The notes beneath the pieces are model-generated. The model searched no databases. It had not been told where the DNA came from and worked only from the letters and a program-made list of their open reading frames with translations. The position numbers and the translations under genes were made by a program. A stretch of 64,000 nt of DNA from Camelus dromedarius (Eukaryota). Every line of letters starts with the position of its first letter. The stretch's first letter is position 1. Below are positions 11,888-28,441 of the stretch, one piece after another. The DNA lies in assembly GCF_036321535.1 (NCBI RefSeq), contig NC_087436.1, forward strand, positions 57,042,001-57,106,000, given 5' to 3'.

Positions 11888-13962
11888 CGGGCAGGCCTTG
11901 CTTTGTGCTGCTCTGACATGCATGCATCTCAGTCACAATGGTTTAGTTGCATAACACATTTTCTCCCCCAAATGGTTTGTACTTCAGTTAGTATAGCATA
12001 ACTGTGACTAACACATAAAGTATAAATTTTGCTTCTAGCTCTTCAGTCCACAAATCACTATGTAAATAACAGATGTATATCACAACCAATCACGTCACTT
12101 CTTTCAGAGTTTGGTAGTCTTGGTCACTGCACATCTGTCATTCACACACAGTCAGCAAAGTGTGTAGTTAAACTGCTTGCTTCTCAGTGAAAAACCCACT
12201 TGACACTTTACAAAAGTGGATAATTGAAAAAGGGAACTCATCAACAAAGGTGAAAATACAATATAGGAATGAAAAGGGATGATGCTGGAGTGAAATTCAA
12301 ATTGAACGTAAGCGTAAAGAGCTGGCTGTAAGAATGCTGACACTACTGCAGTTCAAGAGGCCCTAGATATGCAGCCAGAAGTACCTGGTGAGGCAAACTT
12401 ACTGCCATAAGTGAGGAATGTGGTTGTGACAAAGGTGAAGATATCCCAGAGGAAGTGACACTGGCAAAACAAACAAACAAAAACAACAAAAACCCAAAAA
12501 CTGAACATTAAAAGAACAGAGATCAAAAGAATAAGAAGACAAGCCACAGGTGGGAAGAAAGTATCTGCAAAAGGACTGTAATCCAAATATCCACGACAAA
12601 GAATAACCTGATTATTAAATGGACAAAAAATCTGGACAGACAACTCACCAAACATATACAGATGGCAAATAAATATATAAAAAGATGCTCAACATCATGT
12701 TACAAGGGAACTGCAAATAAGAACAATGAGATACCATACATACCTATTACAATGGCAAAAATTCAAAATATAACACCAAATGCTGACGAGGATGTGGAGC
12801 AACGGGAACTTTTATTCATTGCTGACAGGAATGCAAACTAGCACATATACCTTGCAAGAGTCTGTTAGTTTCTTACAAAACTAAACACTCTTACCATATA
12901 CTCCAGCAATCACACTCTGGTATTTACCCAAAGGAACTGAAAATTTATGTCCACACAAAAACCTGCACATGGATGTTTGTGGCAGCCTTATCGGTAACTG
13001 CCAAAACTTAGAAGCAACCAAAATATCCTTCAGCAGGTTACTGGATAAGTAAATTGTGGTATATCCAAACAAGAGAATAGTAGTCAGTACTAAAAAGAAA
13101 TGAGTTATCAAGCCATGAAAAGACATGGAGGGAACTTGAATGAATATTACCAAGTGAAAGAAGCCAATATGAAAAGGCTGCATGATTTCAGCTATATTAA
13201 CATTCTGGTAAACGCAAAACTACAGAAACAGTAAAAAGATCAGTGGCTGCCAGGGGCTTAGGGGAAGTGATGAATAGGTATTGAGAAATTTTAGTGCAAT
13301 AAAACCATTCTGTATGATACTGTAATGGATTCATTTGTCAAACCCATAAAATGTGCAACACCAAGAGTGAACCCTAATGTAAACTATGGATTTCGATGAT
13401 TGACAATGTGGGTTCACTGATCATATCAAATGTGCCATTCTGTGTGCAATGCTGATAGTGGGGGAAGCTGTATCTCTGCACGGGGGCAGGGGTACATGGG
13501 AACTCTGTACTTTGTGCTGAATTTGCTGTGAACCTAAAACTCCTCTAAAAAGTAAAGTCTACTTAAAAAGAAAAAGAACAGAGATATTTCACAACATTAA
13601 AAGAGTAATAAAATGTTGGAAGCTGATCCAAATTTAGGATTATGACATTTGTTAAGATATGAAAAAAAAAGGCTAACTTGCTAGTTTTACAACAAGAAGG
13701 TACTGTTCAAACTACTTTTGATTAATTTTTTACAAAAATGATATCTCTTCAATGTTTCTAATATTTCACAGTGTACTGAGTATTGGTTTTTACTACTTTG
13801 TTCATTTACTTACACATTTATAACTGACATTTTATATGTGCTGATTAAATTTTAAAGGTCACTGAACAATCATTTTCCCCAATGATTATTATTATTTTGC
13901 ACAATTTCAACTTGCAGTCATTTTTACAGTCCTGGTCTACTGTGGAAAGCAAGAACTGCTTG
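11888..13962. mobile_element. TcMar-Tigger element (MER82/Tigger8-like) split by an L1
   Basis: TA-flanked imperfect inverted ends cgggcaggccttgcttt ... aaagcaagaactgcttg. Confidence 0.7.
12524..13571 (+). mobile_element. L1 (L1MC-like) 3' fragment inserted in the Tigger element
   Basis: L1 3' sequence bounded by a perfect 14-bp TSD aaaagaacagagat (12510-12523 and 13572-13585). Confidence 0.88.
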
Positions 13963-14994
13963 TATAAACAAGTCATTTGAACAGGAATAATATTTAGTTA
14001 GATTACCCTCAACCTATTTTAAAACATAATTACATTGGAACATCAAATTTTAGTTCAGTTTATGTTAATATTACTAATATTGAACTGTCTAATCTTAGTA
14101 TGTCATATCAGGAAACAGATTAATAAAATAGATGATCTTCTACATGAAATGCAGAGCAGAAGGAGAATGTAGTTGAGAAGCCAAAAATGGGGAGAGAGTG
14201 TGGGAGAGGAGAAAGGAAAGAAAAAGGAAAGTCCATTTAAGTATGATCTTGTTTAAGGTGTTTTAGTTCCTCCCAACAATGCTCTATGAAATTTGGAAAA
14301 AAATGTTAAATACCTTATACATTATTAAGGATTACACACAAAAACAAAATGTATTTCCCAAGTACCTTACTTCTTTGGATTAATTTTCTTATCATTAATG
14401 GCTGTTAATAAATGTTGATCAGTTGTAAGCGACTCTCACTGCAAAGTACTCAATCTGTCATCAAGACAACTAAAGAAAAAATTACCTTTCACAAAATAAA
14501 TTCAAATAATACGCTAGATAATGAGGTAGAAACATTTCTTCCCTCTTATGCATGTTCTTTTTCCTCCACATAATTACATTCTGGCAAGCCTTAATGAAAA
14601 TAGAATTTAGTAACAGTGAATAATTAAATGCTTATTTAAATTATAAAAATAAGATAATCATTCCCGCTTGTTTACACAAATCCTAATTCAAATATAAAAT
14701 GCAACCACAGCAGGTTTCATAAGGAAATATTTCAATCATAGCATCATCATAACTTTCAGGTCATCTTTTTCCACTGAAGAACAACACACTCCATTACCCT
14801 ATCCTGTACCTAAATTTAATATCCCCTCGATGAGCAAGTAAGCAGGTGTGAGAGAGAATGAATAAATCAGAGAAGTTGAATTGCATATTATACTTACAAT
14901 CAGGAAAAAAAAGTACCTTTAAGAAGAGTTAAAAGAATCAATTTTTAAATTTTATGGACCATTTAAGTGTCTTTTGCTTAATGTCACATTATCC

Positions 14995-15056
14995 AATATA
15001 ATGTAATGTAATATAATATATATTATAATACATAATATAATATAATATAATATAAT
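14995..15056. repeat. (TAATA)n degenerate pentanucleotide repeat
   Basis: aatataatgtaatgtaatataatat...ataatataat. Confidence 0.85.
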
Positions 15057-15514
15057 CCAATCTCCTAATATTCCTATCTAACCACTACACAATAACACCA
15101 ACAACTAGGAACAACATTAATGTTTCAACATAGATACCTACTAGTATAAAGTTACAAGTCTACAGGGTCAGGAATACAGTTATAAAAACATATATGTCCT
15201 CTGTCTCTGTGTGACTTGTATTAAAAAATAAAAGTTGCTTCAGTTGGCCAAGATATTACTCCAACAACTGTGGCTTCATATGCTCTCTTTACTGATAATG
15301 GATTATTGTGATGTTTAGAGACATCAGTCCAATAAAGGGACTAATGAGAACACATCCAAACTATTAAGTTCCAGTTTACTGAGAAACAGATGATATTAAG
15401 CACACAATATCATCTCATCTGTATTCAATATAATGTATTTTTAAGGGTAAAGGGAGGGAGGGTTAGAAACTATTAAAAACGGGTGTGAAAATACAACTTA
15501 TGATCACAAATATT

Positions 15515-15520
15515 TTTATT
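15515..15520 (-). terminator. Candidate distal SMARCAD1 polyadenylation signal (another at 15758-15763)
   Basis: AATAAA on the - strand about 1.5 kb past the stop, with downstream ttgtattttc. Confidence 0.5.
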
Positions 15521-17037
15521 AAGCCCAAAACATAATAGAGCATTACTGGGAGAACCAGTATGTTCAGTATATTTTCAAAATTGGTAAGTCTACTGAGTTG
15601 TGAGTTTTCAGAGTCTATAATATCTGAAGAAACACTGTAAGAGAGCTTCACTAACCTTCTAATGCCAGAGGATTATATTACCTTAGAAACTCAAGAAGTC
15701 AAGATGCCTTGAAAGTATAATCTCTAACAATTAACAAATCTTTGATTTATAAATAAGTTTATTTATAATGATATTTACATAATAAAACAAAACACATGAA
15801 ACTCACAAGTTATACAAAGAAACTGATGTATAATAAAAACAGCAATATAGACTGACAGGCAAAAATTTAAAGAAAGATTTAATAAAGAGTTAAGTATTAA
15901 GTAGACAACTTTACTTCTAAATTTCACTTTGTCACCCACACTGAATTGGAATTGAACAATGGCTCTCTCTTTAGGAGGTCCTGTACTGGAAACTCTGGAA
16001 ACTGGTAAATTATATTTTGATAAGAATTTAAAGTTAATGATCTATTTCCATGCAGTACCTAATGCTGCCTTAATACGAAGTCACATTCAGTCTGCTTTGA
16101 AGTGAAACAGCTTGTTAATCTGTTCTGCCAGGTTAGAAAAAAGTCACAAACATTTTGCTGCTGTTGGAGACGTGGCAGGAATATACTGTTTAGAGAGTAA
16201 AGAGAACTGGAGCAAAAATGACTGGGCAACAGTTTCAAGAGAAGCAAAAGCCAGGAGAGGGAAATCAATGAAAACATGCACAAGAATAGGCAGAGTAATA
16301 AGCACAGTTAGTGCAGTTGGGAAATGAACAGAAGGAATTAATCCATTGAGCAAGATAAAGGCTTCTTTAATTACTTACTATTCACTGGAAAACAACTTAG
16401 TGCCTACCCAAACAAATTCGTTCTAACAGAAGTACTTGGGAGGACCTGGGGGTGTTAGTATATGGAATGCCACCTTAAATTCAGGTTGAGTTCTTGTTGA
16501 CAGTGGTGAACATCTGTTTCAAATAGCAATAAAATGAAAGCTATATAATCTATACAGCTGCATCCTTAAACATAATAAAAAAAAACTTCAAATGAGACAA
16601 GCAAAAACAAGACATAAGCATTGTCAAATAAGGCACATGTAAAAATCTACACACATTATCCAGTGAAAGACAATATATATATATATATTTGGAGGTAGAA
16701 ATAATTACAAAAATACTGACATTTCTAAAGCATTAGCATATTTGTTACAAACAGTCACCAACTAATCCCCATTCAGAAAACTGTTTTTTTTGTAAAATGA
16801 TTATTCAACATCTTCAGGACTACCTATTTGTGGCCTTTTTTTTTTTTTTAATTTCACATGTAAGCATCTGAAGAATTCAGTTAGTGGCAAAAAAGTTGTC
16901 CATACTATGAGAAATGTAATATGGAATTTATAAAAAGTTATAAATGTTCATAAACCCCACGGTCATCATAATGTAAATGTCCTTGAGTGCACCAAGTTGG
17001 TATTTCCTCATCAGTTAGGATTTAACAATTCTTTATT

Positions 17038-17099
17038 TCACAGGCCCATTGACGTTTTTAGTAATGTGGCTATATCTGCTGGCATACTCCCTTCGTCAC
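17038..17099 (-). CDS. SMARCAD1: SMARCAD1 last coding exon (exon 24) with stop
   Basis: ctgcag|GT...; (G)DEGSMPADIATLLKTSMGL*, the known C-terminus. Confidence 0.97.
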
Positions 17100-18105
17100 C
17101 TGCAGGTCAGAAAGTGGTGTCAAAAGTTTGATAGAAATATCTTATGAAATAATTTTTTTCTCTCAAATTTTCCCTACTTTTGTGAATTCTTAATCAGCTT
17201 TCAAGGCCCAGTGTGATTCAGTGTCACTTCCTGCTAAAACCCTTCCCAAATCCCTATCTGTATTAGGGTTACGTCCCTCGAGCTCATCTTTACACTGCCA
17301 GCACAGCACCTACAGGTTATGCCGCTGATCTGATACACAGATACACAGAGATACGCAGATCTAGACCGTCTGGATCATATCCTAGTCATACAGCACACGT
17401 TTACTCCTCAGGTTCGCTAAATAAAAACATTCATGTAACAAACTGAATAGTGACAATGAAGACAACAAAACTCCTTCGTTCCAACCAAACAGAAATCATT
17501 TCACCTACACCCTTATTTTCAGTCCAAAGATACAATCATTGACTCTTTTTTTCTTTCCCAGTTAAATGAGACCCCAGAATCTAGACACTTATCCAGGTGT
17601 CTCTCTCCCTCTCTCTTTCGTTCACACACACAGACCTCAGTTATAAACTAAACTTGTGAGGCTACTTTCATCTACTCTTTTCCTTTCAGTAAAAAGCATG
17701 CATAGGAACACATACTGCAAAAATTCTCAGGGAATTCACTGACATGCTTGCCTCCAAGTTTGTCCACAGACTTGAAAACAGATTCAATTTTAAATTGAAA
17801 TCCCAATTTAATATTAAATAAAAAAGCAAGATGAAGAAGACTGCATGTTAACTTGTGTAAAACAGAGAAAGAATACATATACTTACTTTCATCTGCATAA
17901 AATAACTGGTCACACACTGGAAAAAACCCTAATGTGTCACTTTTATGGGGAAGCCAGGTAATAGCGTGGGAAGGGGGATTTTGTTTGCCTTTTTGTATCT
18001 TAGGAATTTTGAACTATATGAACATATTATCTTTTCAAAAATATTTAAATAAAAAAATTTAACTTTTAATACTTTAAAAATTACTCTCTTCAAAAAGATG
18101 GAGTT

Positions 18106-18253
18106 GGGGAAGGGTACAGCTCAGTGGCAGAGCACGAGCGTAGCATGCAAGAGGTCCTGGGTTCAATCCCCAGTACTTCCATTAAAAAAAAAAAAAAAGA
18201 TAAACCTAATTACCCCCCACCAAAAGCTTAAAAAAAAGAAAAAAAAAAGGAAA
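18106..18253 (+). mobile_element. Vic-1-like tRNA-derived SINE
   Basis: A box acagctcagtgg, B box ggttcaatcc, aaacctaattacccc, A tail; TSD aaaaa(g/c)atggagt. Confidence 0.9.
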
Positions 18254-18723
18254 AAAAACATGGAGTGGAAAGAGTTCCTTCACTTGATGGTTCTTTCTTG
18301 TTAGTACCCAACTGCTTCAATCTGAAATTACGAAATTTTTGAATAAATGCATTTTATTACACTCTGGCACAATTAATTGCTAGTCGAAATGAAATTAATG
18401 TAAATGTTAAAGAGTTCTTAGTAAGTTAATATTATGCCATGTATTTTAAATCTTTGGATTCATAAATACTACTTATATAGCAAGTACATCATAAAATTGT
18501 GGATAAAGTTACAGATCCAATTTTAATTTCTGGGGTGTTTTGATGTCAGAGATAAGGAATGGAAGAGACAGACATTTTCAAAATCAAACTATTTATGTCA
18601 GTTGTGGCAAAATGAACTTAGTTATTGTAGCACATTTGAAATAAGTATGCCTATCCTCTTCTGTGCTATTAAATTGCAGGCCAGTTGAGGACTAAGACCA
18701 CCCTTGTTATTATCCCTTTGCTA

Positions 18724-18909
<186 letters not shown>

Positions 18910-19840
18910 TCATTGGTTACTTAATAAAAAATTATTTGATATATATAAACTACATTCATCACCAATAAGAATAATTTGAAAATTGTATAACAACTATATC
19001 TATAAATTTAAATTCTCTTTTCATTCAAACTACTTGAGATTGACATTTTCTGAGTACATCACTTTAAAATATCCTTTCCTATTGATGCAAGAGATGAGAA
19101 AAAGATATTTAGTCTTTAAAAATTACTGGTAAAATTGTATTACAACAAACAGTTTGGGGTTCAGGTAGGTATTCCATTTTAAAAAGGAATATGCTTTGCT
19201 TATCAAGTTCCATGAAATAATTTAGTACAAAAAGAAGGTGTAGAAAAGTATACAGATTACATGGAAGGTTTTAGTTCCACAATAAGTACTGATAAACATT
19301 TGGTTTATAAATAACATATCAATGTCTTTTGGAAATACAGTAAAATACTCTACGAAGAAAACACTGGTTGTCTGCTTACATGTGAAAATAAGAGCTGAAT
19401 TATAGGTATTGTCACCTTTTAATGTCTTGTGACCAATGTCTAATTTAACCTTCACCTAAACTATCTATAACTCACATAATCCTAAAGGTAACAAGGTAAC
19501 AATAGTATGCATTATTACCAAGTCTATTTGGGTCTTACATGGTCTAACAAGCAAGTTTTTTCAATTTCTAATCCTTTTCAAAGGGGCTGCACCATTGGTA
19601 ATATTTCATTTTCACCAGCTGCAGAACTATTTGGACTGGGAGGTGGGAGGTTATTTTGTTTTAATTACTAGAATTTGAACAGGTTACTTAGTGGGGTTCA
19701 TATTCAACACCATTGGTATAAAATACAGTAGAAGCCATGTTTTGCTGAAAATATAAAACCTAAGGGCAGGATTATCTGACAGACCATATTCCAATATTCT
19801 ATGCAAATTAAACTGGCATTCGATTAAAAATGTATGTCAA

Positions 19841-20005
19841 GGGAGAGTACAGCTCAGCAGTAGAGTGCATGCTTAGCATGCACAAGGTTCTGGGTTCAAT
19901 GCCTTAGTACCTCCACTAAAAAATAAAATAAAATAAAAAATTGATTAAAAAAATACATAAAGAAACCTAATTACCCCCCAACCCCAAAACAAAAACAATA
20001 AAAAA
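19841..20005 (+). mobile_element. Vic-1-like SINE
   Basis: Same A box, B box and cctaattacccc architecture; ends about 23 nt from the exon 22 donor. Confidence 0.88.
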
Positions 20006-20027
20006 GAATTTCAACTGCAAATACTTA

Positions 20028-20231
<204 letters not shown>

Positions 20232-21039
20232 TTAAATCTCACAAAAAGGTATATAATTAAAACTGAAAACAATCACATCACATGGAAAATAAACTTGAAG
20301 ATGTAAATACATGCTCATGGCATTATTTATTTTTCCTGCAGCTGTTTTATTGAAAAGACCTACCCAATTCACCAACTTTTTTCTATACCATTTATCTCCC
20401 TATTGATTCTTACTTTTAACTATTCAGATTTGATTAATCCCTAAAGAACTATTTTGTACTTTGTTTAGTGACTTCTGGCTTTTCTAAAGTCTGCATATGG
20501 CTTTTGAATCTTAACCTTTTCAGAGTCTATCAGCTACAACTCATAGACAATGTACCTGATGAACTAAGAATCTCAGTGTCAAACTATATTGGTGTATAAT
20601 CTTTAGCATGACTTCTATTCTTATTTTAATGCAGGAAAAAAATTTTACTCTGGCTGATAAAAAAAAAACCAAAGATATAATGCAGTTTAAACATACTAAA
20701 AAAAGCATTCCTCCCCCACCCCCCAATCTTTTTAACCTTTGGGGATTAAAAAAAAAACAAAAAAACCTAAACTTATTCAATTACCCTTAAAATATAAAAA
20801 GCCCAAGATTTTAAAATAATCTTGGTTGAAAGATAAAATGCTTTAGACTTAGAATGATTTTTAAAGGGGAAAACATTGATATACATATAATTTTAGCAGC
20901 TGTTTCAAAATATATTTGTATGTAATTCAGATGAAAATTAAAGTTTTCTCATCTTAAGGTAATGAATAACTTAAAATAACCAAACATAAGACTCAAAGCA
21001 ATACAATTCTATCAAATACTCTAGACATTTAAAACTCTA

Positions 21040-21243
<204 letters not shown>

Positions 21244-21740
21244 TTAGATACATTAAAAAGTTATCTAATGAAAAATTGCTTCTTTAATTTAAAAAAATCA
21301 AGTAATCATAGCTAAAATAAATTTCTTATTTTAGATTATATATAAGTAAATTATCTTCTAAACTTCAGACCTAAAATTTAATTTTCAGTTTTGATTTTTT
21401 AGAATATTTGGGAATAGCTACAAACAGTACTATTTGGATTGTGATCTTACAAATTTAAGCTAATTCACATATAAGTTGTAGTATTAGTTTACTTTACAAA
21501 GTATCTTCAAATACTAATTTTGAAGTAATACAGATTGTCACCTATGAAATATTGACAAGATTATTTTTTAAAAACATCAATATAGATGTATTCTACTAAA
21601 TTCTATTAAATGGAGGAAGAGTATTCAGGAAACATGCCCAAATATATCCAAAAAATGCTCAAAATGCTAGTTTCTATAAGACTGTAGAACAGACATAGAC
21701 TAAAGCTTTAAGAAAATCAAATCATGCCAGAACTGTTTTA

Positions 21741-22061
<321 letters not shown>

Positions 22062-22622
22062 TCACATCTGATAAACTATCTCAATCATAAAATATTTTAG
22101 TGCAACAGATACAGCAAAGGAAATTAATATTTATTTTTTAGGTACAATAAAGGGGAGGGGAGTTCTTATTGTCTTAGAAATAATATACTGAAAAATTTAC
22201 AGATGAAATAATGTCTAACACTTGATCCAAAATTGTTCTGGGGAGAGTTCTAGATGAAACAAGAGCAGTAACATTGCAGATGATAACTGTAGAAAAGGGG
22301 TGAAGGTTATGCGGGCAGAAAATTTCATTATACAATTCTCTCTACTTATATATGTCTGAAAATCTCTGTAAGTTTTAAAAAACATTTACAAAGCAAATGG
22401 TTGCTTTAAACACAAAGATCTATAAGGAGAAATACAAGCAGGTGCTATGGGAGAATGAGACAAAAATAGAGGGTAACGGCTAAGACTACTGACAAAATTC
22501 AATAAAGAAGAAACAAAATTAAAAAAAAAATGGAGAAAAATGACTCACTACCCAGGACATATATTCTGAAGGATCTTTTGGGTGAAAAATAAATAAATGA
22601 AGTGCTCTATAGAAGTCTAGAT

Positions 22623-22816
22623 CAGAAGCTGGCAAACTTTTTCTGTGAAGGGCCATTTAGCAAATATTTTTAGGCTCTGTAAGCAAAAATGATCTGTTTT
22701 ACAGCTACACAACTCTGCCTTTATATTGAGAAAGCAGTCAATACAGAAACAAAAGGGCGTGGCCATGTTAGAAAAAAACTTTACTTGGAAAAACAGCCAC
22801 TGTTCTATTGCTCCTG
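22623..22816. mobile_element. hAT-Charlie MITE (MER58A-like)
   Basis: cagaagctggcaaactttttctgtgaagggcc...actctgcc...aaagcagtca. Confidence 0.75.
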
Positions 22817-22977
22817 AGGTAGACTGTCACTCCTCATTGGCTCTTATGTCTCCAAAATTATTTTGAGCTTTGTCTTAAAAATGTTTTCCTTAATATGTGG
22901 TTAAAGGGTTAATATGCTCATTAGGTTCAACAGTCTGATTTTTAGACTGACAATGAACCTCATGTTTAATACTGTTA

Positions 22978-23229
<252 letters not shown>

Positions 23230-23351
23230 TTAATAATTATTTCTTCAAATTCCAACTAACTTAAAAAAATGAGCAAATCTCACTATCATATAAGTAAACA
23301 AAATGCAGCCCCAGTACAGGATTATTTTTTCACATAAAATCGTGAAAATCA

Positions 23352-23671
<320 letters not shown>

Positions 23672-24785
23672 CTAAGTAAAATAAGAACATGTCCTTTTAA
23701 ATTATTCATTTAAATGATCACAATAACATTACACAACCTGAAAATCTCCCTCACTACCATCTGTAGTTATTTCCCACAGAAACTCAATTTCATTCGAGAT
23801 GAAACTTCATATTTGAATTCTGGGCTATAATCTACTTCTTAAAGCTTCATATTTATTTTGAGGCTTTGTGACATGTAATTGTGAACTCTGCATAGGTAAT
23901 GAAATTAAACTGAACTAGGATGGTGTTCAGAAGTAATAAACTGATGAGTCGTTACTGATTACATAGATAACCTTCATGAAAAAAAGGTGTGTGTTTAAGC
24001 AGGTAGGGGTGAAGGGGAAGAGAGAGGAAAGGAGGAAGAGAGAGACAGACAGTAAAAAACTTGTGTTTATGTGTTGAAAATGGCCCGAAAAGAAAGCTAG
24101 TGCAGGTGATGCAAATCATATCATCTCAAGAAATGTGACAGTTCCTGTTATTTTGGAGAAGTGAAATTTTATTCTGTGATGTAAAGGAGTCCGCCATACG
24201 CTATGATCTGCTAGACCATCAAGCGGGAGGGAATGTGTTAGTGAGAAATTAGAGAGGCAGTTAGTTTGCAGTGGAAGATTATCACATAGAATTCTTGTAA
24301 AACACATGTGATTTGAGAGAGAGAGTAAGAATCTAATAAACAATGCTATAAGGAAAATTTGAGAGTTCTTGAAGACTACTTTTTCTAAGCAATAGGGAGA
24401 ATATTAATCAGATTTTCTTCTAAAGAGTATTTCTTTACCGTGACTTTCAAAAATTGTTACTTTTGTATTTACGGAGTTTTATTTCAAAATATATTTCCTA
24501 ATATAGGAATCTTCTAGATATTCTACTTTTGCCCAGTTCTATAGTTTACCTATAAAGAAATGCTGATTTTTAATGAAGAAGACATAGTAATCAAACTTTC
24601 CCCACATATTATATATCTGAGCCATCCAATAATTTAAAATTGTCATTCTTCAAAAAATTAGAATAATAAAAACCAAAACTTTTAGACACTGATTATAGAA
24701 GTCACCTATTTAGTTCCCACTGTATTTCAGATGACTTCCCAACTCATCCAAGTATAGGGATATCAACTACTTAAAAGTTATTTCA

Positions 24786-25049
<264 letters not shown>

Positions 25050-25314
25050 TTAGTGGTTTTTTTTTTAAGAGCCACATCCTTCTTGTCTATACCACTCAGT
25101 GAGGAGAAAAAGAAATTAAAACTATTATTAGTAATGTAACATTCTGTTGAAAGGTAAGTAATTTATAAAAATTATCATCCATGTACTTTAAGGTACAATG
25201 TGTAAAACTAATACTCTCATTTTATAAGTAGATAACTGATGTTCTCATATTACTTTTATGAAGTAATGAAAGAAGATAGATTGTATCTGTATTCATAAAC
25301 TTTATCTTATAGAA

Positions 25315-25484
25315 CAAAGGTCGGCAAGTTGAAGCTCATGAACTGAGAACGGCTTTTAAATTTTTAAAGGTTGTTAAAAAAAGAAAAGAGAGAAAGAAAA
25401 GAAGAAGTGACAATAGCTGAATGGCCACAAAGCATGAACTGTTTACTTATCTGGTCCTTTACAGAAAAAGTTTGCTGTTCCCTG
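25315..25484. mobile_element. hAT-Charlie MITE (MER58-family)
   Basis: caaaggtcggcaag...tctggtcctttacagaaaaagtttgctgttccctg. Confidence 0.75.
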
Positions 25485-25531
25485 ATATAAAGTAGTATAT
25501 ACACTGAAATACATAATTCAAAATTTCATCA

Positions 25532-25750
<219 letters not shown>

Positions 25751-26414
25751 TCAGGTGAGATGTAATATTTTCTAAAATTATTTTTACTGATAAACTTCTA
25801 ATAGCCACTACCTAAAAGATACCACTAGACACAGTTGGTATTCAAAGAAATAATGATGTACTTATAGCCAGTAATTATTGATATACATGTAATTAGGTTA
25901 CAAAAGTGGCAATTTATAGTTAAAAGACAATTTATATGTTATAATGTAATTAGACAACTTCTACACATCTAGGAAGAGGCCAGTTTGGGTATAATTTATA
26001 TGTAATCTGCAAGTGTTATACACTTTGCCAATTTATGAACTGTTGTTATTTTAAGAAGCACGGAAAAAAAGGACACGAAGCTAAGATATTTCTGTTAAGA
26101 CTATAATATCACTGCATTAAACTAGTAGAGTGAATCCAAGAAATAATAGTTAAGAGCAGCCGGCAGTAGAAGACTATCTATATATGAAAATGGAGTCCAC
26201 TTTATTAAGAAAAGATGAATTTTGGATGAAATCTTTTAATCATGATCTCTTACAGAACTAGCAAAAAAACTGCTATCATAGTAATTATACACCAAACTGA
26301 AAAATCCTGAATCTTCAACATGTCATTCCATTACTTTTGTTGCATAGTTCTTAGCATATACTTTTCTTCATTTTACTACTAATATTTCTAAACATAATTT
26401 TTTTTAATACTTAC

Positions 26415-26490
26415 GTGGTCACAATTACATTATATTCTTCATATTTACTATGAATGTTATATCTAATCTGTTTACGTTCTTCTTGAGAAC
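26415..26490 (-). CDS. SMARCAD1: SMARCAD1 exon 14
   Basis: 76 nt; (G)SQEERKQIRYNIHSKYEEYNVIVT. Confidence 0.96.
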
Positions 26491-26550
26491 CTAGAATTTA
26501 AAAATGATACACACGTATTGATTGTATTTATTGTACTTTACTGTATGTTA

Positions 26551-26676
<126 letters not shown>

Positions 26677-27333
26677 TTACTCGCATCTGCTACAACAGGG
26701 TATATGAGTGTAATGAAATGAACACTAAAGTTTGACAAGTTCTATCCAGAAATTTTCTTTTATTAAATAATACAAAATGTTTTTTAAAAATCACAGACCC
26801 TTCACAATTTTATTCCTGATGATTAAAATGACTTTGAGATTTTGAGGCATCAATGAAGAGCAGAGGGCCAAATATTCTATTTATAGTTGATTATTAATTT
26901 CTAACTTAAAAAGTGATTTCTTTTTTGGTTATGTTCATACGTACAAACATTCTTTTACTCCGATCAAGCAAGAATGAAACAGTAATCTAAGTGGATATGA
27001 ACTGCATACTTTCTCAATAAATGTTTAATTATAAATTTAAAAGCATTTAATTTATCTGAAATTAAATTAAATAATTTTAAAATAATTTTAAAATATTATA
27101 AAACAAATGATCTTATCAAAGGGTATTTGATCTATAATAACTTATAAGCTGTATAAATTGACTTATACTGGAGTTATTTTCTTTAAAAAGACTATCCAGT
27201 ACAATCACACACACACATATACATACACAAAGGGGGGAGAAGTGTAAGGAGACCACAGAAATTGATATTCACCTCCCCAAACTAAGAAACTGCACATACA
27301 CACAGTTTTTCTTCTCCCAATATAAAACACTTA

Positions 27334-27474
<141 letters not shown>

Positions 27475-27814
27475 TTAAAAGTTTAAAATATATTAAATTT
27501 TGAAACAAATAAAAAACCCAAATAAATACTGGAAAAATTAAAGAAAAAAGAGTATTTCTGGTTTTATTATGATTCCTCATAATACAACTGAGAATTTCTA
27601 CCATGTTCTTAGTTCTCAGTAACACATAAAACATATCATAATCTCCAGATGAGACTACAATTTAGTTTAATGAGTAGGATGTATCTCAACTGCTAGTTAA
27701 TATGTGATACACATTAATATGGATGACCTCTGCTTGCATAAAAGGATATAACTGTTAATATAAACCAAAGTTTAATACGTACTGGATGGATAGAGAATGA
27801 TGTTCCAATGACTA

Positions 27815-28395
27815 CTTGGAGTTGTATATATACCTATTACCTAGCAATTTCACTCCTAAGAATATATTCAAGAGATGAGAGTGTATGTACATAAAAAGAC
27901 TTGTGTAAGAATGCTGATGTACTTTTATTATAACAGTCACACACTGGAAATAACCTAAATTGCCATCAACTGGAGAATAAACAAATTGCAGCATATTTAT
28001 ACTATGAATTACCACATGCCTCCCTTCCCCTACCCCACAAAAAGAAAAAGGAAAAAAAAAGCACCAAACTGCTGATAGATGTAAGAACACAGATGAATCA
28101 TAGTAACTTTATGATGCACCAAAATGAACCAGGATCAACCAGTATATATTGTATGGATCTATTTATATAAAATTCAAAATCAGAAAAAATTATTCTGTGG
28201 CGATAGGCATCAGAATAGTAGTGGTGGTAATGACTGAAAAGGAACATGACGGAACTTTCTGGGATGATGGAAATGCTGATCTCAGAGGCATGTACATACG
28301 GGTGTACATATACATATAAAGTCATTAAGCTGAATATTTCTGTATTTTATTTCAAGTAAATTATACATCATTAAAGTATCATATTAAAAAAAAAA
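27815..28395 (+). mobile_element. Old L1 (L1MB/ME-like) 3' fragment
   Basis: cctagcaatttcactcctaag...aaagacttgt...aaattatacatcattaaag. Confidence 0.8.
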
Positions 28396-28441
28396 TGCTA
28401 TCGAGGAGGTGAGCTCCTCAGGAGAGCTAAACATTACCAAC

